Positions 52,208-61,437 of a DNA stretch of 64,000 nucleotides are shown in pieces. The notes under the pieces are model-generated. The model had not been told where the DNA came from, made no database searches, and was given only the letters and a program-made list of their open reading frames with translations. The DNA is taken from NCBI GenBank assembly GCA_030447385.1, contig JAUJOY010000006.1, positions 77,405 through 141,404 on the forward strand, written 5' to 3'. The translations under genes were made by a program, and so were the position numbers. Position 1 is the stretch's first letter, and each line of letters begins with the position of its first letter. The DNA is from Mycobacteriales bacterium (GTDB lineage: Bacteria > Actinomycetota > Actinomycetes > Mycobacteriales > SCTD01).

Positions 52208-52223
52208 TGTGATGTGAGTCACA
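52208..52223. promoter_or_regulatory. CRP/GlxR-type binding site
   Basis: Perfect TGTGA-N6-TCACA in an AT-richer intergenic region. Confidence 0.75.
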
Positions 52224-52433
52224 AAACGTTTGCCTGAAACATGACAAACGCCCGTACATCGACCGGAGACCCAGTCACGCGTAGGCAGGGGACGTCACGC
52301 GGCGTAACTACTAATGACCAGTGTCGTTGACGTGGCAGAACAGCTCGGCGAGCTTCCCGCCACCCTCCCCTCGAGCTCCACCCGGCTCTGTCCTGCCCTT
52401 CTTCGCCCCCTCTTCCGTTCAGGAGACTCCGCC

Positions 52434-52706
52434 ATGTACACCTCCAGCACCCCCGCCCTCGGCGCCGTCGCTGCCACCACCGCTGCGGCCGGAGCCACCA
52501 CCCAGACCGGCGTCCTGTCCGCCGGCTCCACCGGGGTGCAGACGGTCCCCGGCTCGGGCGCGACCGTCGCCGCAGCGGTGCAGACGCTCCCCTTCACCGG
52601 CGTGAACGTCTTCTTCCTGATCCTCAGCGCCATCACCCTGATCCTCATGGGCGCCGCCCTGATCCGGATCGGCCGCACGCTGACCACGCACGAGGCCACT
52701 GCCTGA
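52434..52706 (+). CDS. Small (90 aa) protein with LPFTG sorting signal
   Basis: AGGAG RBS; Ala/Thr/Gly-rich, then LPFTG, a TM helix and a basic tail. Confidence 0.7.
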   Translation: MYTSSTPALGAVAATTAAAGATTQTGVLSAGSTGVQTVPGSGATVAAAVQTLPFTGVNVFFLILSAITLILMGAALIRIGRTLTTHEATA

Positions 52707-52727
52707 GCCGGCTGAGCGGCGGACCTC

Positions 52728-52753
52728 GCCCCGGATCCTCAGGCATCCGGGGC
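52728..52753 (+). terminator. GC-rich hairpin after the small LPFTG gene
   Basis: GCCCCGGAT-N8-ATCCGGGGC; no U-tract. Confidence 0.45.
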
Positions 52754-52818
52754 GGGGCGCCGATGTAGCCCCAGCGCCTGCCGCCCTGGCTTGCCGCGCC
52801 GCCCGCTCGAGGAGACCG

Positions 52819-53979
52819 ATGCCGACCGTCGACGCCCGGCCCCTCGTGCCTGTGCAGCGCGCCCCAGCCCCCGTGTCGCTGCAGAAGCCGCGGGTGAGCT
52901 CCCGCAAGCGAAAGCGCGGCCACCGCAAGGACTTCCAGCGCACGATCGTGCTCATTCCCGCCCACAACGAGGAGGAGCAGATCGCCGAGGCGATCGAGTC
53001 CGTGCTCGCGCAGACCTACCGCGCGGGCCTCGTCGTCGTCATCGGTGACAACTGCACCGATAGCACGCTGGAGATCGCGCGCCGCTATCCCGTCGAGGTC
53101 ATGGAGACCGTCGGCAACCGCGACCGGAAGGCCGGCGCGCTCAACCAGGCCTGGGAGAAGTACGGCCAGGACGCCCGCTTCGTCGTGACGATGGACGCCG
53201 ACACCATCCTCGACTCCCGCTGCCTGGAGCTCCTGCGCCAGCAGGCGGTGAAGGACCCGAAGATCGGCGGCATCTGCGGGCGCCCGCTCAACAAGGTGCC
53301 GCCGGCGGGGATGTCTGTCTGGAGCTCGGTGCTGTGGCGCCTGCTCGCGCTGGACTTCGCGATGTACGACCAGGTGCTCATCCGCCGCAAGTACGCCACC
53401 GAGGTGCTCGGCGGCTTCGGGTCGCTGTTCCGCAACAGCGCCCTGCGCGACGTCGCAGCGCTGCACGGCAACCCGTGGGCCGTCGACAGCATCGTCGAGG
53501 ACTACCGGCTGTCGCTGCACCTGCGCGAGGCCGACTGGAAGATCCGGGTGGCGCCGCACGCGCTGGCGTACACCGACACGCCGATCACGCTCCGCGCCCT
53601 GTGGCGGCAGCGGCTGCGGTGGTCGGGGGGAACGTTCGAGGAGCTGGTACGCGCCGGCTGGAAGCCGTGGACGCGCCGGAACTGGCTGTCCTACAGCATG
53701 ATCTGGCTCGGGGTGCTGCTGCGGATCGCCATGCTCGTCGCGTGGGGGCTGATCGTCGCGCTGGACCTGCCGTTGCAGCTGGAGTGGTACTACGCGCTGC
53801 CGTTCCTCGTGTCGGCGCTGGACCGGCTGGTCGTCTCGCTGAAGATGCGGCACTCGAACTGGCTCAACCACCTGCTCGCGGTCGCCGTGCTGCCGCTGGA
53901 GCTGATGACGCTGATGGGGCAGTGCTGGTCGATCCGGTCGACCTGGCTGGTGCTGCGGAAGAAGCCGCTGAGCTGGTAG
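52819..53979 (+). CDS. Processive GT2 glycosyltransferase (polysaccharide synthase-like)
   Basis: IPAHNEE, DADT, VED and QRLRW (D,D,D,QxxRW), then TM helices. Confidence 0.9.
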   Translation: MPTVDARPLVPVQRAPAPVSLQKPRVSSRKRKRGHRKDFQRTIVLIPAHNEEEQIAEAIESVLAQTYRAGLVVVIGDNCTDSTLEIARRYPVEVMETVGNRDRKAGALNQAWEKYGQDARFVVTMDADTILDSRCLELLRQQAVKDPKIGGICGRPLNKVPPAGMSVWSSVLWRLLALDFAMYDQVLIRRKYATEVLGGFGSLFRNSALRDVAALHGNPWAVDSIVEDYRLSLHLREADWKIRVAPHALAYTDTPITLRALWRQRLRWSGGTFEELVRAGWKPWTRRNWLSYSMIWLGVLLRIAMLVAWGLIVALDLPLQLEWYYALPFLVSALDRLVVSLKMRHSNWLNHLLAVAVLPLELMTLMGQCWSIRSTWLVLRKKPLSW

Positions 53980-54000
53980 GTCGTGTTGGTCTTCTGGCCC

Positions 54001-54833
54001 TCAGGCGTGACGCGGGACGTAGCGCGGGCGGCCGAGGCAGGTCAGGGCCGCGCCGAGCAGGATCAGCGCCGCGCTCAGGGTGATGCCAGCCGTCGTGCTG
54101 GCGCCGGTGTAGGGCAGCTGGGCCGGGATGTTGTTGGGCCCGCTGGCCGGCGGCACGGGGTCCGGGGACGCGGTGAAGGCGGGCTCCGAGAGCTCGGGGC
54201 CGGGGACCTGGTCGGTGATGCTCGGGCTCGGGCTCGGGGTCTGGACGGCGGCGGCGCGCAGGGTCGTCGTCTGGGTGGAGCGGTTGTCGGCCAGGGCGTC
54301 GTCCGGCTCGCCCTGCGCCTGGGTGACCTCGGCGGCAACCTGCTGCGGGCCCACGAGCTCCCGGCTGTAGTGCAGCGTGATCGTCATGGCCGGCGCTGTT
54401 GCGCCGGCGGGTAGGCCCGCTGGGAACGAGCAGTAGATGTCGCTGGCGTGCTGCACCTGGCCATCGTGGTTGAAGCTCGTGCCGAGCACGCAGGTCCATT
54501 GATCAACGGCGCGTGCGGACTGGACCGAGACACCCTCCCGGCAGCCGCGTTCCTGCGGAGAACGTCGAGGCGGCAGCATCACCGTGGTTGCGGACGGTCA
54601 GCGTCCAGACTGCGGTCGTGCCGGCCGTTCCCTCTTGCCGGTCCCGTGAAGGTGATGGCGAGGTCGGGGGTGGCGGCCTGCGCCTGGGTTGTCGTGGGCG
54701 TCGGCGTCGGGGTGGGCTTCTTGGCGTACGCGGCCGGGGTGGAGGTGAGCAGGAACAGTGCGAGGCTGCCAGCGAGGACAACTGCCCGGCGGGACTCGAC
54801 GAGGGTGCGAAGGGGCAGCGGGTCGGAGATCAT
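54001..54833 (-). pseudogene. Secreted DUF11-like surface protein with LPYTG sorting signal, frameshifted
   Basis: Signal peptide frame (54579-54833), DLAIT/WTLTVRNHG segment and C-terminal LPYTG-TM frame (54001-54582) are out of frame with each other. Confidence 0.65.
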
Positions 54834-55320
54834 GTCGGCATCCGTCCGATCGGTTGCGAGACCGGACAGGTCGAGACGCCCCCACCTGCTTGTCCCCCCG
54901 CGCCGCCACCATGGCGGTTCTCGGCTGTCTTGTCAGGCCGATCGCGCAGGCGCTGGCCGAGAGCCGCGACGTGGCGAAGGTCCGCTGTGCCGGCCGCCGC
55001 ACGACGACATCGGCCGCCTTCAGGCGCTCGTACTCGCTCGCCACGTCGCGCCGGGTCAGGCCGCCGAGGTTCCAGCGGGTGGGCAGCCGGTCATCCTGGC
55101 CGTGACGACAGCCACGACCTACAGCTCCTTGGTTCGAAGGCTCGCGCGGGCTGGACGCTGCTCCCCATGACGCACGTACCGCTCCTCGAGCGCCTCCCGT
55201 CCGGACGAGCGGCTGCGGAACGCGGGATGCCCAGTCTCCGGCCGGCCATGTCTCGCAACCCGTGTTGCAGCATGGGCCTGTCGATCTCCTGGTGCAGTTG
55301 GGTGGGTGCAGCGGCGGAGG

Positions 55321-55653
55321 CTACCCGCCGTCGGACGGCTCTGCTCGTACCAGGAACAGCCCCTCGTCGAACCCGCCGCGCAGCTCGCGCTTGCTGTCGG
55401 CCAGGTCCACGACGTCCTCGAAGGAGAGCCCGAGAGTCCTCGCCAGCGCACGGACGACCTCGACGACGTCTGCCAGCTCCTCCGGCAGCTCGTCGTCGGA
55501 GGCTGCGGCTGACTCCGCTGCTTCCTCGGCCAGCTTCTCGAGCAGCGCGGGACGACGCTCGGCCGTGGGCAGGACTTCGACGACCGGTGTCCGCCCATCA
55601 GCCGTGATGAGGTCCGGGATCCTGTCGCGCACCAGCTTGCCGAAGCCGGTCAC
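55321..55653 (-). CDS. MazG-like nucleoside triphosphate pyrophosphohydrolase
   Basis: KLVRDRIP, KLAEE, EELADVVEV, KRELRGGF; GTGA overlap with the upstream HNH gene. Confidence 0.88.
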   Translation of the reverse strand: MTGFGKLVRDRIPDLITADGRTPVVEVLPTAERRPALLEKLAEEAAESAAASDDELPEELADVVEVVRALARTLGLSFEDVVDLADSKRELRGGFDEGLFLVRAEPSDGG

Positions 55654-56774
55654 GTTGCCTCCAGCAGGGGCAGCACCTCGAGCAGTCGCGCCCGATCGAG
55701 CACGGTGTAGACGCCGGGCTCCTGCCACAGCGCGGTCCCAGACGGCAGATGCGCGTAGAGGCCGCGTGCCACCCGCTTGGAGCGTTCGAGCTGCAGCGGC
55801 CAGCCCGCGTCGTCGGCGACCTGGCCGAAGACGCCCTCGGGTCGGCTGGCCCAGCGGGTCAACAACGTGAGGTCGGCGTAGTGGTCGCGCTTGTCGTTGT
55901 TGCAGCGCCGGTCGGCCAGCACGAGGTTGCCGAGCGCGTCGTTCGGCATCCGCGACCACGGCACGAAGTGGTCGATCTCTACGTCACCGGCCGGCAGCGG
56001 CCGGCGGCAGTAGAAGCACTGGCCCGCCTGAGCCTCCCGCAGACCAGGGCCGAGTGACCGCAGGTTGACCCGGTCGCTGCCGAACAGGAACTGCCGCAGA
56101 TGGTCCTCCGGCAGCTCCTCGTTGCTGAAGCTCGCGACTGCTCGCGTCCAGTGCAGCTCCACGACTGGTCGCAGCAGGCCGCCGAGGCTGACCAGCCAGT
56201 CGCCGACGTTCGGCTTCAGCACGACGTCCATTGGTCGTTGGCGCAGCTGCCGTGCCGTCACCCCCTCGTGAAAAGGCTTGTCGTCGTAGAGGAACCGGGG
56301 ATAGTCGGCGGCGCCATTCGCCGCGTATCCCTGCGGCCGCTGAAGCTTCCCGAGCGGCATCTGCACGAGGGTGAGCTCGATCAGCCCGATTGTCTGCTCG
56401 TACGCCGTCGGCAGTGCCCGCTGCGCCCCCGCCGGGCTTCGCGCGCCGACCGCTTGGGCCCGGTTGCGCAGCGCCCGTACCGCGTCGACGGTGACAGCGC
56501 GCGGCTGGCTCGACTGCCGTAGCAGCGGGGAGCCGTCGTGGCGGGCGTACGGGCGGACCTGTGGCCAGTACAGCTCAAGCACGCGGACGGCCAGGTCCTG
56601 GACAGGGACCCGGCTGGGGGCGCGACCTTCCGCGTCAGCCGAGAGCGCGCAGCAGTCGATCAGGGCGAGCAGCACGGCGAGCTTGTAGGTGGCGGTGCGG
56701 CGTCCCTCGTCGAGGATCGTCAGCACCAGCTGCGCCCAGGCAGCCGCGTTGCCGGAGCTGCTGTCCTCGTGCAC
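55650..56774 (-). CDS. HNH endonuclease with large N-terminal domain
   Basis: TATYKLAVLLAL N-terminal motif; CFYC...IDHFVPWS...NLVLADRRCN. Confidence 0.87.
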   Translation of the reverse strand: MHEDSSSGNAAAWAQLVLTILDEGRRTATYKLAVLLALIDCCALSADAEGRAPSRVPVQDLAVRVLELYWPQVRPYARHDGSPLLRQSSQPRAVTVDAVRALRNRAQAVGARSPAGAQRALPTAYEQTIGLIELTLVQMPLGKLQRPQGYAANGAADYPRFLYDDKPFHEGVTARQLRQRPMDVVLKPNVGDWLVSLGGLLRPVVELHWTRAVASFSNEELPEDHLRQFLFGSDRVNLRSLGPGLREAQAGQCFYCRRPLPAGDVEIDHFVPWSRMPNDALGNLVLADRRCNNDKRDHYADLTLLTRWASRPEGVFGQVADDAGWPLQLERSKRVARGLYAHLPSGTALWQEPGVYTVLDRARLLEVLPLLEAT

Positions 56775-56799
56775 GGGTCGACTGTCCCACCTGGCCCTA

Positions 56800-56998
56800 T
56801 CAGCGCTGCTCGTCCTCAGCCTCCGGCCGCGGACCTTCCGCCCGCGGACCCACCGCCCGGTGAAGCGGCGCCCGGCGCAGCCGAACTCGTTGAGCATCCG
56901 CCGTCGTGCAGCAGGCACTCGTCAGGCAGCGGGGCGGTCAGCTCGTCGGAGGACCGCGCCGGCGAGGCCCCCAGCTCGACGGTCTCGTTCGTGATCAT
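56800..56998 (-). pseudogene. Possible DUF2695-like fragment
   Basis: LTAPLPDECLL / RMLNEFGC split across frames and truncated. Confidence 0.35.
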
Positions 56999-57055
56999 GG
57001 GGTCTCCTTTGATCGGGAGCCTGGCATTTCGGGTGAAGTCCGTCGCCGCCGGCTT

Positions 57056-57935
57056 CTACGGCCGCGTGAAGGTCCGCCACCGCTGCTCGAGCAGGTCCCG
57101 GTCGGGCCGATCGACGACGCGCCTGGGCAGCTCGAGCGTCCAGCCGTGGACGTCCTGGATGCCGTGCTTGAGCATCGGCCCGTCCACCTCGACCAGCACG
57201 TCACGGCGCACCTCTACAACGAAATCCGGACGCACGCCGAGGATGCCGCGGTCATAGGCAGCATGGTGGATCTTGCACAGCGACAGCCCGTTCGGGACGA
57301 CTGGCTGGCCGCCCTCGGCGTCGGACAGGATGTGCGCGGCGTCCAGCAGGTCGACGTGCCGAAGCCGGCAGATCGCGCAGGCCCGCTCGTACGCCATCAG
57401 GACTCGAGCCCGGAACACCGGCTGGTGCAGCCGAAGCTTGGTGAGTCGCTCGGCGTATTCCCGCGTGTCGGCGGTAGGCGCCGATCCCGCGAGGAAGCGC
57501 AGGTTCTCGTCCAACGCGATCTCGACGAATCGACCCACCGGGTTGTCGGCGACGACGTAGACCGGAAAGGTCGGGACGAATACCCCAGGAGCGATGCCCT
57601 GCAGCAGGACGAGCGGCAACCCCAGCTCCGCGACGCGGCGGAGCTTGCGGTTGTCGCCGCCATCGGGATCGCCGTCCCGGTAGGCATAGCGCAGCAGCCC
57701 GTCCTCCGTCTCGGCGTCGTCGTACGGCCCCTCCGGTTGGCTCAGGATCGACAGGGTGGCCGCCAGCTGCCGGGGGTTGCGGATGCCGCGGCTCTGGTCG
57801 ATCAGCTTGAGCCGCTCGCTGCCGTAGGAGAACGCCTCGAGCTGAGCCCGCGTGACCACTCCGCCGGGACGAGGCCATGAGCTGGGCGAGGTAGGCCATC
57901 GCCGACCGGCGTACCTCGAGCTCGTACAGCAGCAT
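57056..57935 (-). CDS. HNH endonuclease with SRA/PUA-like N-terminal domain; frameshift near 57870
   Basis: FRARVLMAY..CAIC...LLDAAHI...NGLSLCKIHHAAYD. The start frame (ATG 57935) shifts in a C-run into GGVVTRAQL. Confidence 0.8.
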
Positions 57936-57988
57936 GCGGGAGGTCTACCAGGCAGCACAACCACACGCTGCTCTGCCAGGCTCCGCAC

Positions 57989-58930
57989 ATGACCCGCTGC
58001 TTTCCGCCGAACCCCGAGTTCGGCAGAGGCCGGCACGGCGAGCGCGCCGTGTGGGAGGCGCTGAGCGCGCACCTGCCTGACGAGGCAGCAATCCTCTACT
58101 CGCGCTGGATCGTCGAGGAGGCTCGTGAGCACGAGATCGACGTGCTCGTGGCCTGGCTCGGGATCGGCTCGCGGCGATCGAGGTCAAGGGCGGTCATGTC
58201 GAGCGCGACGCGCGGGACCGCTGGTGGAGCAACCGGGGACACGACAGGCGCCAGATCGCGCACCCGCTGACCCAGGCCGCCGACGCGCGGCACGCCCTGC
58301 AGCGGCACCTGGCGAGGGCCCCTCGCGCTCGACTGGGGTGCGCCGCCGCCGAGTGGCGACGAGAGCGACTACTACGAGCAGGAGCTCCCGCGGGCGCTCG
58401 GTGAGCTGGCGCTCGGTCGACCAGTCGCTGAGCGATTAGAGGCCGTGGTCGTCGACGAGGCGCAGGACTTCTGCGAGCTGTGGTGGCCCTCGCTGCTGTC
58501 CTGCCTGAAGGACCCCGACTTCGGCGGCGTCTACGTGTTCCTGGTCGCGGCGCAGCGCGTGTTTCAGCCGGCAGGCCGAGCCACCGATCTCGATCCCGCC
58601 GTACGTGCTCTACGACAACATCCGCAGCACCAAGCGCATCGCGCAAGGTGTTCGGAGCCTCGGCGCGGAGCAGGGCGCGTACGCCGGGATCGAGGGGCGC
58701 CGGTGCGCTTCGTGCAGTGCGCCCCGCAGGAGGCGACCGGACGCGCCGACGATGCCGTCGACGCCCTGCTGAACGACTGGGCTCCTGGGCACGCCCTGTC
58801 CACCACCAACCACCGGCACAACCTGCCGCACGAGGTCGTGGGCAATCAGGGCTGGAACGCCTACTGGGACGGCTTCTTCGCCGAGGACGACGTCCTCTAC
58901 GGGCACGTGCTCGGATTCAAGGGCCTGGAG
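57989..58930 (+). pseudogene. NERD nuclease-UvrD-like helicase, degraded
   Basis: GERAVW...EIDVLV..IEVKGG (NERD) and VVVDEAQDF...FKGLE (helicase) in several frames; the middle is missing. Confidence 0.7.
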
Positions 58931-58991
58931 CCGTCTCCGCCGACCGGGCGGAGCCTCGGTGCAGGGCGTCGGCAGCTTCATCCGCTCCAGC

Positions 58992-59047
58992 CAAGATCCT
59001 CGGAACTTCCACAGCATTCCCGTGCTGTGGAAAGGCCGAAGATCTTG
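58992..59047. repeat. REP-like palindromic element, copy B
   Basis: AAGATC...TTCCACAGCA-TTCCCG-TGCTGTGGAA...CCGAAGATCTTG. Confidence 0.7.
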
Positions 59048-59131
59048 AAGACGGGGATCGTCACAAGGACCGCTGCGCCGAGGACCGTGATGGCGGCAGG
59101 TGCCGCGGCGCCATGACCGGCCGATCCAGGC

Positions 59132-60523
59132 TCAGCCCTGCAAGACCGCGGCGATCGAAGGGCGCGGCGACCGCCCGGACGGAAGGACCTGCTGGACCCG
59201 CCGCAGCGCCTCGACCTCCGAGGTCCCAGTGACCAGGGCGCCGTACGCGGCGGCGACCACCGGGGTGCGCGTCTGCGCGTGCACGCAGTGCAGCAGTACC
59301 GACTTGCCCTCGGCACGCAGCGCCTGGACCGCCGCCGCGGCATCCGTGACCGCCGCCCGCAGGTCGATGTTCGCGTCCTCCTTGTCCACGATCCACACCT
59401 CGATGTGGTCCTGCGGCGCCACGCCCTCGAGCGGGACATCGTCGCCGAGACGGCAGAGGCTGACGACAGCATCCGCGACTCCCGGCCGCAGCGTTCCCAC
59501 CGCACCGAGCAGGACCCCCGGGTCGTCCGGGTGCGCCACCACCTCGCCGGCGGCGACCGCGTACGTCATCGTCCCTGGCCAGCCGTCCTGGTCGGGCCGG
59601 CCCTGGCCCACCGTCAGCAACGCCAGCCGGCTCAGGTCCCGGGCGCGCAGATCCGGCCAGCCGTGCAGCAGCCGGCGCCAGCGGAACGGCACCGCGCTCC
59701 CCCCATGCCTCGCTCCGAGAAGAGCGCCCGCGATCGACGCAACCGTGTCGGTGTCGCCACCGCCTGCCACGGCCGCGACCAGCCCTGCCTCCAGGGTCGA
59801 CGTGTGCGTGATGGCCGACCACGCGCCCTGCAGGGCGGAGACGACCCAGCCGTTGCTGTGCGCCAAGTGCGACGGCTCGAGCGCCTCCGCCTCCTCCAGC
59901 AGCGCGCCCCATGTCGCGTCCACCCGCGGGAGTCCGACGTGGACGTCGAGCTCCCCGGTGCGTACCGCAGTGTCGATAGCCAGGCACCACAGCACGCACG
60001 CGTCTCCTGCGACAGGGTCGTGATGGGTCAGCTCGCTGATCGCCCGCGCCGCCCCGGCGAGAGCGTCGGGGTCACCGAGGTGGGCCAGCGCGACGGGCGA
60101 GGTGCGCATGAGCGATCCGTTGCCCGCGGTCCTGCCCGTACGCGCATGCAGATGCGCCGCGGCGGCCCGCAGCTGTGGCGCGACCGGCCCGTCCCCCACA
60201 GCCGACAGCACCCTCCGGGTCTGGATGCCGACATCGGGCGGGTCGGCCGCGCACCACCCGAGAAAGCCCTGCGCCACAGCCTCCAGCGCCTCCTCGCTGC
60301 CCAGGTCGGCGCCGGTGGCAGCGACTCGGGCAATGACGGCAGCCATCTCGGTGTCGTCGCTCCACTGCCCAGGAGCCAGGCCGCCGAGCCCACCGCCGAG
60401 CATCTGCGGCTCGCCCTCGACAGGACGCGAGCCGTACTCGTACGGGACGCCGAGGGCATCACCGGCCGCGGCACCCAGCAGGGCACCGACCGCACGGTCA
60501 GCCTGTTGCGGGGACAGGCGCAT
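59132..60523 (-). CDS. ADP-ribosylglycohydrolase fused to a Cys-based (CX5R) phosphatase domain
   Basis: GDALG, WSDDTE, GNGSLMR, GGDTDT; C-terminal LLHCVHAQTRT. Confidence 0.9.
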   Translation of the reverse strand: MRLSPQQADRAVGALLGAAAGDALGVPYEYGSRPVEGEPQMLGGGLGGLAPGQWSDDTEMAAVIARVAATGADLGSEEALEAVAQGFLGWCAADPPDVGIQTRRVLSAVGDGPVAPQLRAAAAHLHARTGRTAGNGSLMRTSPVALAHLGDPDALAGAARAISELTHHDPVAGDACVLWCLAIDTAVRTGELDVHVGLPRVDATWGALLEEAEALEPSHLAHSNGWVVSALQGAWSAITHTSTLEAGLVAAVAGGGDTDTVASIAGALLGARHGGSAVPFRWRRLLHGWPDLRARDLSRLALLTVGQGRPDQDGWPGTMTYAVAAGEVVAHPDDPGVLLGAVGTLRPGVADAVVSLCRLGDDVPLEGVAPQDHIEVWIVDKEDANIDLRAAVTDAAAAVQALRAEGKSVLLHCVHAQTRTPVVAAAYGALVTGTSEVEALRRVQQVLPSGRSPRPSIAAVLQG

Positions 60524-61368
60524 CAGGCCGCCACCAGCTCGTGCCGGCGGTTCACCGCGACGGCGTGCACGGCACGATCCCGCCACAGCAGTCCGCCGAG
60601 GTGTGCGTACGGCGAAGCACCGCGCACGCCGGTTGCTGCTCCCGCCGGCTGCTCCACGACGGACACCGACTCCAGGCGCCCGACGAACCGCCGCGCCCGC
60701 CGTCCGGGAGTTGCGACTGGCGCGGCACCTACGGCGTCGAGAGCCACCGAGCTGAGCAGCGCCTGCCAGGCGGAGGCCAGGGTGCGGGGGGAGTCGAAGA
60801 CCTCCAGCAGCAGCGGCTGGCCGCTGATCCCGACGAGGACGCCGCACTGGTGCGGCAGCGGGCGGACACCGGCGAGCAGTGCGTTCGCCGCCTCCTGGGC
60901 CCGCCTTGTCGCGTCCAGCAGGGAGTGCGTGTCACTGCGGTCGTAGCGCTGCTCGTAGCGGTTCACCTCGGCCCACACGGCGCTCTGGTCGCGGACGGCG
61001 CGTACGGAGGTCGGGGCCCGGCGGCCTCCACGGTGGTGCCGCGCCGCGCCGGACCAGCGGCCCTGCTCCACGCAGGAGACGTCCAGCACGAGAGAACTCC
61101 CGGCGTCGATCAGGACCGAGCGGGAGCAGACGCGGTGCTGCTGGCCGCCTTCGAGCAGCTCGCCTTCGAGGAGAAGCGCGGGCCGCTTGCCCGCGTTGGT
61201 CACCACGAGCTCCCCGACGACGGCTGAGCCGGCCCGCTCGCTCACGTCCAGGTCCGACGTACGGAGGTCGTAGCCGCGGCTGGCTACGGCCGCGCCGTTC
61301 CACACCGGGAACAGGCTCAGCGCACCGCGATGCAGGGGCTCGCCGAGGTGGAGGTCGAGGAGCTTCAT
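60523..61368 (-). CDS. ARPP-1 / DUF6569 family protein
   Basis: LVVTN...LLLEGELLEGGQQHRV...SCVEQGRW; stop overlaps the ARG start. Confidence 0.8.
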   Translation of the reverse strand: MKLLDLHLGEPLHRGALSLFPVWNGAAVASRGYDLRTSDLDVSERAGSAVVGELVVTNAGKRPALLLEGELLEGGQQHRVCSRSVLIDAGSSLVLDVSCVEQGRWSGAARHHRGGRRAPTSVRAVRDQSAVWAEVNRYEQRYDRSDTHSLLDATRRAQEAANALLAGVRPLPHQCGVLVGISGQPLLLEVFDSPRTLASAWQALLSSVALDAVGAAPVATPGRRARRFVGRLESVSVVEQPAGAATGVRGASPYAHLGGLLWRDRAVHAVAVNRRHELVAA

Positions 61369-61380
61369 GAGCCCTCCTTC

Positions 61381-61406
61381 TATTTAGCGCGAAGCCGCGC
61401 TAAATA
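61381..61406. promoter_or_regulatory. Palindromic operator, likely bound by the NrtR-like regulator
   Basis: TATTTAGCGCG-AAGC-CGCGCTAAATA perfect 11-bp inverted repeat in the divergent intergenic region; a second half-site CCGCGCTAT lies near 61419. Confidence 0.75.
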
Positions 61407-61437
61407 ATAAGAGCAGATCCGCGCTATCTTGTCTAAC

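Noticed and set aside
54845-55320. Short ORFs between the LPYTG gene and the MazG-like gene
   Set aside because: No recognisable motifs, RBS or consistent frame.
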